From assembly GCA_963674965.2 (NCBI GenBank), contig CAXXFL010000001.1, positions 160,001 to 224,000 on the forward strand: 64,000 nucleotides of DNA, given 5' to 3'. The translations under genes and the position numbers were made by a program. The stretch comes from a bacterium (GTDB lineage: Bacteria; RBG-13-61-14; DATKZS01). This document shows, piece by piece, positions 38,623-48,914 of the stretch. Within the stretch, counting starts at the first letter, position 1. Each line of letters starts with the position of its first letter. The notes beneath the pieces are model-generated. The model was not told the origin of the DNA. It saw only the letters and a list, made by a program, of their open reading frames with translations, and searched no databases.

Positions 38623-38779
38623 GAAATCTTTATCGTCCGAAAATCCTCGGTTAATGGAAAGCCGAGAATCCCTTTGCCGGCCCGGGCGCGGGCCGCTCAA
38701 TTCCTTCCATTAACTCACGCATAGGCCGACGCTTGCCTCCCACGCTTAGCGCGAGTACTGCAACGGCAATAGACACGGG

Positions 38780-38808
38780 CGTATAACACGTTCACATGTT
38801 CATGTCAA
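38780..38808 (-). promoter_or_regulatory. Sigma70-like promoter for the MFS gene with overlapping operator-like repeats
   Basis: Minus strand TTGACA-17nt-TATACG with extended TG; spacer contains TGAACATG/TGAACGTG direct repeat. Confidence 0.55.
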
Positions 38809-39100
38809 AACATTTAAACGCGATTTATGAAATCGGAATGGTTCGGCCATGCGATCGTTGTACGCCAAAACGAAGTCGGGGGTGTCTTGATTATTGATTC
38901 TTCCGTTTTTTTATCGGCGTTTGCCGGCTTTTTGGGCGACATCCCAACGGCGCGGGACGCCTCCGCGCTTATTTGCCGGCTTGTTTTCCGGATCGCTTCA
39001 TTACCGTTTCAATGACGCGACGACCCGATAAAAAGAGGCGGTCAGCGTAGCGCCGAGATAAATTTATTAAACAACTCCCAATGATACTTGGCATATAAAT

Positions 39101-39853
39101 TCAGACCTTATACCTCACGATGGGTCCAAAGTTTTCGGCGGTGAGTGCGGCCCCGCCCACGAGGGCGCCGTCCACGTCGGGCATGGACATGAGTTCCTTC
39201 ACGTTGGCCGGCTTCACGCTGCCGCCGTACTGGAGGCGGATACCCTCGGCCACGTCGGCGCCGTAAAGCTCGGCTAAAAGCTTGCGGATGTAGGCGTGGA
39301 CCTCCTGCGCCTGGTCGGGCGTGGCGGTCTTGCCCGTGCCGATGGCCCAGACCGGCTCGTAGGCTATGACTATCTTCCTCGCGTCCGCCTCGCCGACGCC
39401 GGCCATCGCGCCCCGCGTCTGGCGCTCGATCACGGCGAAGGTCTTTTCCGCCTCCCGCTCGCCCAGGGTTTCGCCGATGCAGGCTATGGGGATGAGGCCA
39501 TGGGAGAAGGCCGACTTGAGCTTCTTGTTGACCGTCTCGTCGGTCTCGCCGAAGAACTGCCGCCTTTCGGAATGGCCGATGATAACGTGAGTGCAGCCGG
39601 CGTCCTTGATCATGGGCGCGGATATCTCGCCGGTGAAGGCGCCCGAGTCCTCCCAGTGGATATTCTGGGCGATCAGCCTCACCTCGGACCCAGCCAGGAC
39701 CTCGGCCACCGCCGGGATACAGGTGAAGACGGGGGCCACGCCAACCTCGACGCCCGAGCCGCCGGCGGCCTCCACCACCGACCTGGCCAGGGAGACGGCC
39801 TCGTCCTTTAACAGATTCATCTTCCAGTTGCCGGCCATGAAAGGTACGCGCAT
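39101..39853 (-). CDS. tpiA: Triosephosphate isomerase
   Basis: AGNWKM, GHSERR, AYEPVWAIGTG, YGGSV. Confidence 0.98.
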   Translation of the reverse strand: MRVPFMAGNWKMNLLKDEAVSLARSVVEAAGGSGVEVGVAPVFTCIPAVAEVLAGSEVRLIAQNIHWEDSGAFTGEISAPMIKDAGCTHVIIGHSERRQFFGETDETVNKKLKSAFSHGLIPIACIGETLGEREAEKTFAVIERQTRGAMAGVGEADARKIVIAYEPVWAIGTGKTATPDQAQEVHAYIRKLLAELYGADVAEGIRLQYGGSVKPANVKELMSMPDVDGALVGGAALTAENFGPIVRYKV

Positions 39854-39902
39854 GCTTTACTCTCCATTGTTCAAGGCGGCCGCCGCGGGACGCGCCGGCC
39901 GG

Positions 39903-41090
39903 TTAAGTATCGAGCGCGGCCACGCCGGGAAGGACCTTGCCCTCCATGAACTCGAGTGAGGCGCCGCCGCCCGTGGATATGTGGGTTATACGGTCCGCCA
40001 CGCCGGCCTTCTTGACCGCCGCCACCGAGTCGCCGCCGCCGATGACGCTCACCCCCGAGGAGTTGGCCACGGCCTCGCCTATGGCCAGGGTCCCCTTGTC
40101 GAATGGGGGGGTCTCGAAGACGCCGGCCGGCCCGTTCCAGAAGATGGTCCTGGCCTTGCCGATGTACTCGGCGTACTTCCCGATCGTAAGAGGGCCTATG
40201 TCATAGGCCGCCTTGTCCGCGGGGATTTTATCGCGGGCCACGGTCATGGTCTCGACGCCGGCGGCCAGCTCGGCGGCCACCACGTGGTCAAGGGGAAGCT
40301 CGACCGGCACGTTGTAGGTCTTGGCCTTGTCCAGGAGCTTGGCCGCGGTCTTGATCTTGTCGTCCTCCACCAGGCTATTGCCGGCGGGCATGTTCATGGC
40401 GCGCAGGAAGGTATAGGCCATGGCGCCGCAAATAAGGAGCCGGTCCACCTTCTTGGACAGGTTGTCGATGACGCCTATCTTGTCGGACACCTTGGCCCCT
40501 CCCAGGATGGCGATAAAGGGCCGCTCCGGGTCCTCCATCAAGCCGCCCAGGAACTTGAGCTCCTTTTCCATGAGGTAGCCCGCGGCCTTTTCCGGAACCA
40601 GGGCGGCTATCCCCGCCGTGCTGGCGTGGGCGCGGTGGGCCGTGCCGAAGGCGTCGTTCACGTAGACGTCGCAAAGGGAGGCCAGCTTCTCGGCGAAGGC
40701 CGGGTCGTTCTTGGTTTCCTCCTCATGGAAGCGGAGGTTCTCGAGCAGGACCACTTGTCCGTCGCTCATGTCCATGACGTTTTTCTTAACGCCGGCGCCC
40801 ACGCAGTCGTCGGGAAAGACCACGTCCTTTTCGAGCAGGTCCCGAAGCCTCTCGGCCACGGGCAGGAGCGAGAGCTCGGCCACCCTTTTTCCCTTGGGCC
40901 GGCCCAGGTGGCTGGCCAGAATGACCTTGGCCTTTTGCTCGATGGCCCGCCTTATGGTGGGCAGGGCCGCCCTGATCCTGGTGTCGTCGGTTACCTGGCG
41001 ATCGTTTTTATCGAGGGGGACGTTAAAGTCCACCCTGATAAAAACCCGCTTTCCGGCCAGTTCCAGCTCGTCAATGTTTTTAACGGCCAC
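39903..41090 (-). CDS. pgk: Phosphoglycerate kinase
   Basis: [42 protein letters not shown] start at 41090 after GGGAGG. Confidence 0.98.
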   Translation of the reverse strand: MAVKNIDELELAGKRVFIRVDFNVPLDKNDRQVTDDTRIRAALPTIRRAIEQKAKVILASHLGRPKGKRVAELSLLPVAERLRDLLEKDVVFPDDCVGAGVKKNVMDMSDGQVVLLENLRFHEEETKNDPAFAEKLASLCDVYVNDAFGTAHRAHASTAGIAALVPEKAAGYLMEKELKFLGGLMEDPERPFIAILGGAKVSDKIGVIDNLSKKVDRLLICGAMAYTFLRAMNMPAGNSLVEDDKIKTAAKLLDKAKTYNVPVELPLDHVVAAELAAGVETMTVARDKIPADKAAYDIGPLTIGKYAEYIGKARTIFWNGPAGVFETPPFDKGTLAIGEAVANSSGVSVIGGGDSVAAVKKAGVADRITHISTGGGASLEFMEGKVLPGVAALDT

Positions 41091-41132
41091 GACCAACCCT
41101 CCCGTTTGTCCCGCCCCGGGGCGGGAGCCGCG

Positions 41133-42137
41133 TCACTTGGCGAGGAGCCTCGTCAACTCGACCATGCGGTTCGAGAAACCCCACTCGTTGTCGTACCAGG
41201 ACAGGACCTTGATCATGTCGCCGTCCATGACGTAGGTGTTCTGGGCGTCCACCGTGGAGGACACGGAGCTGTCGAGAAGGTCGATGGAAACGACCGGGTC
41301 CTCGGTGTAGGCCAGGATGCCCTTCAACTCACCCTCGGCCGCGGCCTTGAGGGCGCCGTTGACCTCCTCGACCGAGGTCTTCTTCTCCACGTCGGCCACC
41401 AGGTCCACCACCGAGACGTTCGGCGTGGGCACGCGGATGGATATGCCGTTGAGCTTCCCGTTCAGGTCGGGCATGACCAGGCCGATGGCCTTGGCCGCGC
41501 CGGTGGTGGTGGGTATCATGGACATGGCGGCGGCGCGGGCCCTTCTCGGGTCCTTGTGGGGAAGGTCGAGAATGCGCTGGTCGTTGGTATAGGAATGGAT
41601 GGTGGTCATGAGGCCCCGCTGAATCTTGAACTTCTCGTGCAGGACCTTGACCAGGGGCGCCAGACAGTTGGTGGTACAGGAGCCGTTGGACACGATCACG
41701 TGCTTGGAGGGATCGAGCTGCTTGTCGTTGATGCCCAGGACCACGGTCAGGTCGGGGGCGTCCTTCGAGTCGCCGGGGGCCGAGATGATGACCTTTTTGG
41801 CGCCGGCCTTCAAATGTTTCTCGGCCAGGGAACGCTTGCGGAAAATGCCGGTGGACTCGATGACCACGTCAACCCCGAGGTCTCCCCACGGCAGCTTCTC
41901 CGGCTCGCGCTCGGCGGTGATCTTGATCTTCTTGCCCTCGACCACCACGTCGTCGCCGTCGGCCTTGACGTCCTTGCCCCACACGCGGTGCACCGAGTCG
42001 TACTTGAGAAGGTGGGCCAGCATGTCCGCGCCGACCAGGTCGTTAATGGCCACGACCTCGACGTCGCTTCCCCAGGCGATCCTGAAGAAGCAGCGTCCTA
42101 TTCTTCCAAACCCGTTTATCCCAACTTTGATGGCCAT
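41133..42137 (-). CDS. gap: Glyceraldehyde-3-phosphate dehydrogenase (type I)
   Basis: [26 protein letters not shown]. Confidence 0.98.
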   Translation of the reverse strand: MAIKVGINGFGRIGRCFFRIAWGSDVEVVAINDLVGADMLAHLLKYDSVHRVWGKDVKADGDDVVVEGKKIKITAEREPEKLPWGDLGVDVVIESTGIFRKRSLAEKHLKAGAKKVIISAPGDSKDAPDLTVVLGINDKQLDPSKHVIVSNGSCTTNCLAPLVKVLHEKFKIQRGLMTTIHSYTNDQRILDLPHKDPRRARAAAMSMIPTTTGAAKAIGLVMPDLNGKLNGISIRVPTPNVSVVDLVADVEKKTSVEEVNGALKAAAEGELKGILAYTEDPVVSIDLLDSSVSSTVDAQNTYVMDGDMIKVLSWYDNEWGFSNRMVELTRLLAK

Positions 42138-42297
42138 GATCTACTCCCCCTTTTCGGTTCTGATGAAAATTTTTCCCGGCGGCCCGGCGCAAAGGACTCG
42201 CCAAAACCGGACGCCAATATTATAGCCCATTCGAGGCGCCGACGATTAAACAGGATGCATTATCTTTGGCTCCCGTGTCAATCCCGGCGTCGATATT

Positions 42298-44982
42298 TTA
42301 GCCCTTATCCCGGATGAGTTCCATTCTCGATCTGGTTTCCCGCAGGGTCTCGAGACGGGCCTCAAGCTCGGCCTTGATTTCCTCCTGCTTGGCCACCACC
42401 TCGGGTGGGGCCTTGCTCAGGAACTTCTCGTTGCCCAGCTTGCCCATGACCTTTTTAAGCTCGGCCTCGAGCTTGGCCGTTTCCTTTCCGATGCGGGCTA
42501 TCTCCTCGCCGGCGTCCACCAGGCCCGCTATATCAAGACAAACCTGGATGGGACCGCAGCGGCGCGTGACGGCCTTCTCGTCGGGCGAGACGCCGGGACC
42601 GGTTATCTCGAGGCTCGCGGCCTGGACCTGGGGAGGACTGAGAATGTATCCTTGCAGCCTCTCGGCCGTCTCCCGAGCAAAGTCGTCGTCCGGTATAAGA
42701 GTGACGTCGGTTTTGGTCGAGGCCGGTATAAGGTTCTCGCTTCTCAGGTTCCGGACGGCGATGACAATTTCCCGGACCAGGGCCATGCCCGCCTCGATTT
42801 CAGGGTCCTTGTTCCCGTCGTCCGCCTCGGGGTACGCCTCGACCATGATCGAGGCGCCCGAGTCGGGAGTGGCCTGATATATTTCCTCCGTCAAGAAGGG
42901 CATGATGGGATGGAGAAGCTTGAGCGACGCGTCCAGAGTATAAAGTAGCGTGGCCTGGGCCGCCTTTTTACGACCCGGGGAACTCGAGTTATACAGCTCG
43001 GGCTTGGTCCACTCGAGATACCAGTCGCAGAACTCGTCCCAGATAAAATGGTAGATGGCGTCGGCCATCTCGTGGAAGCGGTAAGTCCCCACGTGCTCGT
43101 GCACGGCCTTGACCGTCTCGTTCAGGCGGCTCCTGATCCATCTGTCCGCGGGCGACAAATCCGGCTCGGTCCCGTCGCTTGGGTCAAAGTCCCTCGCGTT
43201 GGAGAGCGTGAACTGGGAGGCGTTCCATATCTTGTTGATGAAGCGCTTGGTTTCCTCGATCCTTTCCTCCCCCAACCTCACGTCCCGGCCGGTGAAGGTC
43301 TCGATGGCAAGGGTGAAGCGAAGAGCGTCGGCGCCGTACTCGTCGATAAGCATGATCGGGTCGACGAAGTTCCCGAGGGACTTGGACTTCTTCCGTCCCA
43401 ACTCGTCTCGAACCAGCCCGTGCAGGTACACGTCGGTAAAGGGGACTTCCTCCATGAATTGCACGCCCATCATCATCATGCGGGCGACCCAGAACTTGAG
43501 GATGTCGTAGGCCGTGACCATGGCCGCGTTGGGATAAAACCTTTTCAGCTCCGGCGTCTCGTCGGGCCATCCCAGGGTCGAGAAAGGCCAAAGGGCGCTC
43601 GAGAACCAGGTGTCCAGCACGTCGGGGTCCCGCTCGATATTTTCGCTTTCGCAGTGGCGGCACTTGGTCACGTCGTGCCTCGATACGGTCATCTCGTGGC
43701 AGTCACGGCAATACCAAGCTGGAATCTGGTGTCCCCACCAGAGCTGGCGGCTGATGCACCAGTCGCGAAGGTTCTCCATCCAGTTGTAATATTCCTTTTC
43801 CTGGGCCTTGGGAACGATGACGGTCTTTCCGCTCCTGACGGCCTCGATGGCCCGCTCGGCGAGAGGGCCGACGCGAACGAACCACTGCTCGCTGACTATG
43901 GGCTCGACCACGACCTTGCAGCGGTAGCAGCGACCGGCCATGAGCTTGTAGGGCTCGGTCTTCTCGAGAAGGCCCGAGGTATCGAGGTCCGCCACCGCGG
44001 CCTTGCGCGCGTCGTAGCGGTCGAGGCCCCGGTATTTCTCGGGCACGTAGTCCGTCATCTTGCCCAGCTTGTCGATGGCCTGGGGAGCGCCGAGCCCGTG
44101 CCTCTTTCCGATTTCATAGTCGTTGAAGTCGTGACCCGGCGTGATTTTGAGGGCGCCGGTGCCGAACTCCATGTCCACGTGAGGGTCGGCTATCACTGGA
44201 ATTTTATGGTCCGTGAGCGGGAGCCTGACCTTCTTGCCGATATAATTTTTATACCTGTCGTCCTCCGGGTTAACGGCCACGGCCGTGTCGCCCAGCATGG
44301 TCTCGGGCCGGGTGGTGGCCACGGTAAGCGCGCCGTCTCCATCGGCCAGGGGGTAGCGGATGTAATATAAAAGTCCCTTCTCCGCCTCGCTTTCCTCGGG
44401 CATGACCACCTCGAGGTTCGAGAGGGCCGTGTCGCAGCGGGGACACCAGTTGACCATGTACTTGCCGCGGAAGATAAGGTCCTTTTCGTAGAGGCTGACG
44501 AAGACCTCCCGCACGGCCCGCGACAGGCCCTCGTCCATGGTGAAGCGCTCGCGGCTCCAGTCGCAGGAAGCGCCCAGTCTTTTCAACTGGCTAAGGATAT
44601 GGCCGCCCTTTTCCTCTTTCCACTTCCAGACGCGCTCGAGGAATTTATCTCTTCCCATTTCCTCCTTGGTTACGCCCTCCTCGAGAAGCTCGCGCTCGAC
44701 CACGAACTGGGTGGCTATGCCGGCGTGGTCCGTGCCCGGCTGCCAGAGCACGTTCCATCCCCTCATGCGGTGATACCGGATCAATACGTCCTGGAGAGTA
44801 TTGTTAAGCGCGTGCCCCTCGTGAAGGATGCCGGTCACGTTGGGGGGAGGGATCACGATGCAATAATTTTGCTTGTCCTCATCGTCGCGGGACTTGAAAT
44901 ACCCGCTTTCCTCCCAATGGCGGTACCATTTGTCCTCCGCCTTGGCGTGGTCGTAGAATTTGTCCAGAGCCTTTTCAGTCAT
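42298..44982 (-). CDS. valS: Valine--tRNA ligase
   Basis: PPPNVTG, GTDHAGIATQ, ATTRPET, WCISRQLWWGH, DVLDTWFSS, C-terminal coiled coil; signature motifs read HEGH and KKSKS. Confidence 0.97.
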   Translation of the reverse strand: MTEKALDKFYDHAKAEDKWYRHWEESGYFKSRDDEDKQNYCIVIPPPNVTGILHEGHALNNTLQDVLIRYHRMRGWNVLWQPGTDHAGIATQFVVERELLEEGVTKEEMGRDKFLERVWKWKEEKGGHILSQLKRLGASCDWSRERFTMDEGLSRAVREVFVSLYEKDLIFRGKYMVNWCPRCDTALSNLEVVMPEESEAEKGLLYYIRYPLADGDGALTVATTRPETMLGDTAVAVNPEDDRYKNYIGKKVRLPLTDHKIPVIADPHVDMEFGTGALKITPGHDFNDYEIGKRHGLGAPQAIDKLGKMTDYVPEKYRGLDRYDARKAAVADLDTSGLLEKTEPYKLMAGRCYRCKVVVEPIVSEQWFVRVGPLAERAIEAVRSGKTVIVPKAQEKEYYNWMENLRDWCISRQLWWGHQIPAWYCRDCHEMTVSRHDVTKCRHCESENIERDPDVLDTWFSSALWPFSTLGWPDETPELKRFYPNAAMVTAYDILKFWVARMMMMGVQFMEEVPFTDVYLHGLVRDELGRKKSKSLGNFVDPIMLIDEYGADALRFTLAIETFTGRDVRLGEERIEETKRFINKIWNASQFTLSNARDFDPSDGTEPDLSPADRWIRSRLNETVKAVHEHVGTYRFHEMADAIYHFIWDEFCDWYLEWTKPELYNSSSPGRKKAAQATLLYTLDASLKLLHPIMPFLTEEIYQATPDSGASIMVEAYPEADDGNKDPEIEAGMALVREIVIAVRNLRSENLIPASTKTDVTLIPDDDFARETAERLQGYILSPPQVQAASLEITGPGVSPDEKAVTRRCGPIQVCLDIAGLVDAGEEIARIGKETAKLEAELKKVMGKLGNEKFLSKAPPEVVAKQEEIKAELEARLETLRETRSRMELIRDKG

Positions 44983-45008
44983 TCTTCGTGGGCCTCCTTT
45001 AGAACGGC

Positions 45009-45035
45009 CAAAAGGGGACCTTGGATCCCCTTTTG
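45009..45035 (-). terminator. Hairpin between romR-like gene and valS
   Basis: CAAAAGGGGA-N7-TCCCCTTTTG perfect 10-bp inverted repeat. Confidence 0.55.
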
Positions 45036-45060
45036 CCGCGAAGACGTTTTATTTGATATT

Positions 45061-47403
45061 TCAGGAATTCTTGAACTGGTCCATGTTCCGAATCCGCTCC
45101 TCGATCATCGCCTCGGCAAGGGAAGGGACCACCTCCCATACGACTTTTTCCACTACCTCGCGGATTATCCCGGCCAGTTCCTCCTTGCTCACCCCGCTTA
45201 AGGCGGCGTCGCTTATACGGTCGGCCGCCTCGGCCACCGCCGGGGCAACCTCGAGGGAGGGCTCGGACGGAGGCTCGGTCATGGCGATAGGCTCGGCCTC
45301 GACCGCCGTCTCGACGATGGGCTCGACCGCCGGCTCGGGTTCGAGGTCGGCCGCTCCAAGAGGTTCCTCCTCTGGCTCGAGGGGAGGCTCAGGCTCCGCG
45401 AACACCTCGGGGGCGGGTTCGGGTTCGAGGTCGGCCGCTCCAAGCGGTTCCTCCTCCGGCTCCATGGGCGGCTCAGGCTCGGCGAAAACGTCGGGGGCGG
45501 GCTCGGGTTCGAGGTCGGCCGCTCCAAGCGGTTCCTCCTCCGCCGGCTCGAGGGGAGGCTCGGGCTCCGCGAAAACGTCGGGGGCGGGCTCGGGTTCGAG
45601 GTCGGCTGCTCCAAGCGGTTCCTCCTCCGGCTCCATGGGCGGCTCAGGCTCGGCGAAAACGTCGGGGGCGGGCTCGGGTTCGAGGTCGGCCGCCCCAAGC
45701 GGTTCCACCTCCGCCGGCTCGAGGGGTGGCTCGGGCTCGGCGAAGACGTCGGGGGCGGACTCGGGTTCGAGGTCGGCCGCCCCAAGCGGTCCCTCCTCCG
45801 CCGGCTCGAGGGGAGGCTCAGGCTCGGCGAAGACGTCGGGGGCGGGCTCGGGTTCGAGGTCAGCCGCGCCGAGAGGCTCGGGAGCTTCCTCGAGGGGTTG
45901 AGGCTCCGGTTCCGGAGCAAGGGCTTCCTCGGTCAGCGGCTCCTCGATGGACGGGGCCTCCTCCATGGGCGCCTCGATTTCTGGGGCGGTCTCAGCCAAG
46001 GGTTCCTCGGCGATTTCGGGTTCATCTAGAGCCTGCATGGACTCGAGTGGAAGTTCCTGAATTTCATCGCCGCCGATTTCGGGCGCTGGTTCCAATTCAG
46101 GCTCGGGCGGCGCCGACTCCCATGACGGTCCCGCGGCATCCTGAATGGCTGGAGGGGGCTCGGGAGCGCTTATCGTGTCCATGCCCGACATCGCGTCCAG
46201 GCCGGGAGGCGGAAGTTCCTCCCCGGCGGGCTCGTCGGCCAAGTGATCCATGCCGAGGGGGGCCTCGGGTTCCTCCTCCTGGCCGGCCCAGGGTATATCT
46301 TCATCGGCGGCCTCAAGTTCGGGCGCCATGGCCGGTTCCGGTTCGGCCGCGGCTTGCGATCCCCAGGGATCATCGGCCGCGGGAACGGCCTCGGGTTCAG
46401 GCGCCGCTGGAACTCCCCACAAGTCGTCGCCCGCCGCGGGCTCGGGAGTCGGGGCCGGAGCGCCCCATAAATCGTCGGAAGCCGCCGGGGCGGCCTCGGG
46501 AGGAACTGACTCGGACGGGTCCGAAGAGTTGAAGCTGGCCTTGGACCAGAGTTCCTCGTCGGACATGGAATCGAGCTCGGCGCCGCCCGCGGGAGGCGGT
46601 TCGGCCGCGGCGAAGAGGTCCTCGGCCGGCGGGGCTTGCGCCTCCGGTAGGGGGACATCCTCCATGGGGGATTCCATCTCGATGGAAGGGGCCTCGGGCA
46701 TGGCGAAGGGGTCTTCCATCTCGGGCGCGGGAGCGGAGGGCTCGGGTCCCATGGCCGGTTCCATTTCAACCGGCGGGGCCTCGGGGGCCGCGAAAAGGTC
46801 GTCCTCCGGGGGGGCCTCCATGGCGGGCTCGAGAGGCGTTTCCATGGACGCCGGCGGGGCCTCGGGAGCCGCGAACAGGTCGTCGGGGGAAGGGACCTCC
46901 TCCATGGGCGCCTCGATTTCCATGGGGACCTCCACGGGTCCGGACGCCTCGGGCGCGGCGAACAGGTCGTCCGAGGGAGGAGGGCCAAGGTCCATTTCTC
47001 CCGCCGGCTCGGGCTCGGCCGCGGGCGCGGAGGCGGCCCTGGCCAGGGCCTCCTCGACCTTGGAGATCAGCGTGGTCGACTCGAAAGGTTTAATAATATG
47101 TCCGTCGGCCCCGATCTGGGCGCCTTTCATTTCGTCGAAGCCCTCGTAAGTGCCCGCCAAAAGTAAAAGAGGGATGTGCCCAAGAGATGGATTGGATTTG
47201 ATGGCCTCGCAAACCTGATAGCCGTCCTTGCCCGGCATCACCACGTCGGCCAGGATTAGGTCGGGCATTATCTCCGAGGCCTTGGCGATGGCGTCGTCTC
47301 CATTGTCAACGGTAACGAGGTCGTAATCGCCGTCGGCCAAAGTAATGCGCACCACTTTCTGGATAGTAATGCTATCGTCCGCGAGCAGTATCTTTTTCGA
47401 CAT
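45061..47403 (-). CDS. romR: RomR-like polarity response regulator
   Basis: N-terminal receiver (LLADDSITIQKV), long Pro/Glu-rich disordered linker, C-terminal REVVEKVVWEVVPSLAE motif characteristic of RomR; next to valS as in myxobacteria. Confidence 0.8.
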   Translation of the reverse strand: MSKKILLADDSITIQKVVRITLADGDYDLVTVDNGDDAIAKASEIMPDLILADVVMPGKDGYQVCEAIKSNPSLGHIPLLLLAGTYEGFDEMKGAQIGADGHIIKPFESTTLISKVEEALARAASAPAAEPEPAGEMDLGPPPSDDLFAAPEASGPVEVPMEIEAPMEEVPSPDDLFAAPEAPPASMETPLEPAMEAPPEDDLFAAPEAPPVEMEPAMGPEPSAPAPEMEDPFAMPEAPSIEMESPMEDVPLPEAQAPPAEDLFAAAEPPPAGGAELDSMSDEELWSKASFNSSDPSESVPPEAAPAASDDLWGAPAPTPEPAAGDDLWGVPAAPEPEAVPAADDPWGSQAAAEPEPAMAPELEAADEDIPWAGQEEEPEAPLGMDHLADEPAGEELPPPGLDAMSGMDTISAPEPPPAIQDAAGPSWESAPPEPELEPAPEIGGDEIQELPLESMQALDEPEIAEEPLAETAPEIEAPMEEAPSIEEPLTEEALAPEPEPQPLEEAPEPLGAADLEPEPAPDVFAEPEPPLEPAEEGPLGAADLEPESAPDVFAEPEPPLEPAEVEPLGAADLEPEPAPDVFAEPEPPMEPEEEPLGAADLEPEPAPDVFAEPEPPLEPAEEEPLGAADLEPEPAPDVFAEPEPPMEPEEEPLGAADLEPEPAPEVFAEPEPPLEPEEEPLGAADLEPEPAVEPIVETAVEAEPIAMTEPPSEPSLEVAPAVAEAADRISDAALSGVSKEELAGIIREVVEKVVWEVVPSLAEAMIEERIRNMDQFKNS
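45328..45879 (-). repeat. Intragenic 84/87-bp tandem repeat, six full copies plus one partial
   Basis: Encodes EPLGAADLEPEPAPDVFAEPEPP(L/M)EP(A)EE units, near-identical at DNA level. Confidence 0.95.
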
Positions 47404-47459
47404 TAATTTTCCTCCTTCGCCTCGGCCGGGAAAAGCCTTCGGCGGCGACGTCGCGTTAT

Positions 47460-48473
47460 TCAGACGAGCCGATCGAGTATTTCCTCGGGATCGATAAATG
47501 TAACGCCGCCGTCCTTGTCTTTTTCCAGACCCGCGCCTTCATCATCCGCTTCAGGTCCATTTTCCGTTTCTTGATTAAAAGCCACGTTTACTATCCGAGA
47601 GCAGCCAAATCCTATAATACCCTTATGCGTTTCAACCAAAACGATCAACCCGTAATCGTCAAGCTTTTCCGCCGCGTCGCCTCCCGCGCTCCGTATTAAA
47701 AAATCCGGCTCGATTACCGGGACCGCGGAATCGGAGTAATACACCACGCGCCTTGCTCCCTCGGGCGCGCCGGGAAAAGGATGGACCTCATCCCTGGTTA
47801 TCACCTGGAGCACCCGGTCGAACCGTATTCCATAAAGGTCGCCTCCCGCCAAAAAGGTAAAGGCGCTGGAGGCAGACGCCGAGCCCGGAGTTCCTTTGGT
47901 CCCGGAGCCGAGGTCTGAAGACTTCCCGGCACGCGCGCCGTCAATATTTCCAACTGGACGATAGCCCAGGCCTCGTCCGTTAAGCTCCTCGTTAATCCGG
48001 GCCAACTCGGCCGGATCGAGCTCGCCGACCATCCTGTTCCCGTCAAAGAAAATCCCGCTGATAAAAACCCCCTCCGGTTTTCTTATGGATTCGGGGAACC
48101 TGAGGGGAATGGCCAAGTTCATTTCCCTGATCCCTTCCACTTCTCCCACCGGCATTAGGAAATGCCCGTCTCCAATCTCCATCTCCAGCCAGAAGTCGGG
48201 CCTGATAACGGTTTCGATGCACGCAAGACGGTGGAGGTCTATCATTCTTGTTCCCGGCCGTCTGGGCGGGCTTCCTTCTTCCGCGTCGTGCACCCTCCTG
48301 ATCGACTCGATGGCGATGGCCAGCGAGAATGGTCCTTCCTTGAAAAGAAGGTATTTTTTCCCCGGCTCCGGGGAAGGGTTCGCGCCTTCTTTATCCCAAG
48401 GCTCATTCTCAGTTGAAATTTTTGCCCGTTCCAGCAACGATCCCCTCGACGGGCCCGACAAAAATCGGACCAA
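47460..48473 (-). CDS. Degenerate tandem CheW-like protein
   Basis: YLLF...LAIAIESIRRV and FTF.AGGDLYGI.FDRVLQV...VPVI CheW-like patterns; upstream of romR-like gene; start uncertain. Confidence 0.6.
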   Translation of the reverse strand: MVRFLSGPSRGSLLERAKISTENEPWDKEGANPSPEPGKKYLLFKEGPFSLAIAIESIRRVHDAEEGSPPRRPGTRMIDLHRLACIETVIRPDFWLEMEIGDGHFLMPVGEVEGIREMNLAIPLRFPESIRKPEGVFISGIFFDGNRMVGELDPAELARINEELNGRGLGYRPVGNIDGARAGKSSDLGSGTKGTPGSASASSAFTFLAGGDLYGIRFDRVLQVITRDEVHPFPGAPEGARRVVYYSDSAVPVIEPDFLIRSAGGDAAEKLDDYGLIVLVETHKGIIGFGCSRIVNVAFNQETENGPEADDEGAGLEKDKDGGVTFIDPEEILDRLV

Positions 48474-48914
48474 ACCTTAGTTAATTATTTAATATTCCCT
48501 TTAAAATGTCAAGCTTTATGTTGTGCGAACTCTTCTCCATTTTTTCTGACTTCGCCCAACTTGAGCCGGGGATGGCCCGGTTGACCGAGGCGACGGGTGG
48601 CGTATATGCCTTGTCCGGCCCTGGTCATGATGTTTTTTAACGCCATAGGATAGCATATTGACGGAAGTCGGGTAAGCCGCAAATACGCTTAACGGACTCG
48701 AGCGCGAGAAGGATTTCAAGCAGGATATAACCCGCCGGCTTCACCGTCTCGCCCGCGGGTCCCAAGGAAGGCCCTTTATTATTTTTCCCTCTTTTTTTAG
48801 TGCTTTTGAAAACCAAATCATGTATTATGAGGTTGGAAACGTTTTATATTAAGCGGCTCGTTCTAAAAAAAGAATTCAGTCAAAATCTTTCAGCAGGTCA
48901 AAGGGGGAACTGTG

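Noticed and set aside
39981..42317. 778-aa plus-strand ORF and similar long overlapping ORFs (829-2724, 7063-8367, 23458-25041, 49086-50480)
   Set aside because: Shadow frames of well-supported genes, expected from GC-rich codon bias; no recognisable motifs.
44983..45060. T-box leader for valS
   Set aside because: The spacer is only 78 nt with one hairpin; no stem I or T-box consensus.
48516..48900. Riboswitch or small ORFs upstream of the giant secreted protein
   Set aside because: No c-di-GMP or other riboswitch consensus recognised; track ORFs lack SD and coding-like composition; only a weak terminator-like hairpin near 48757-48780.
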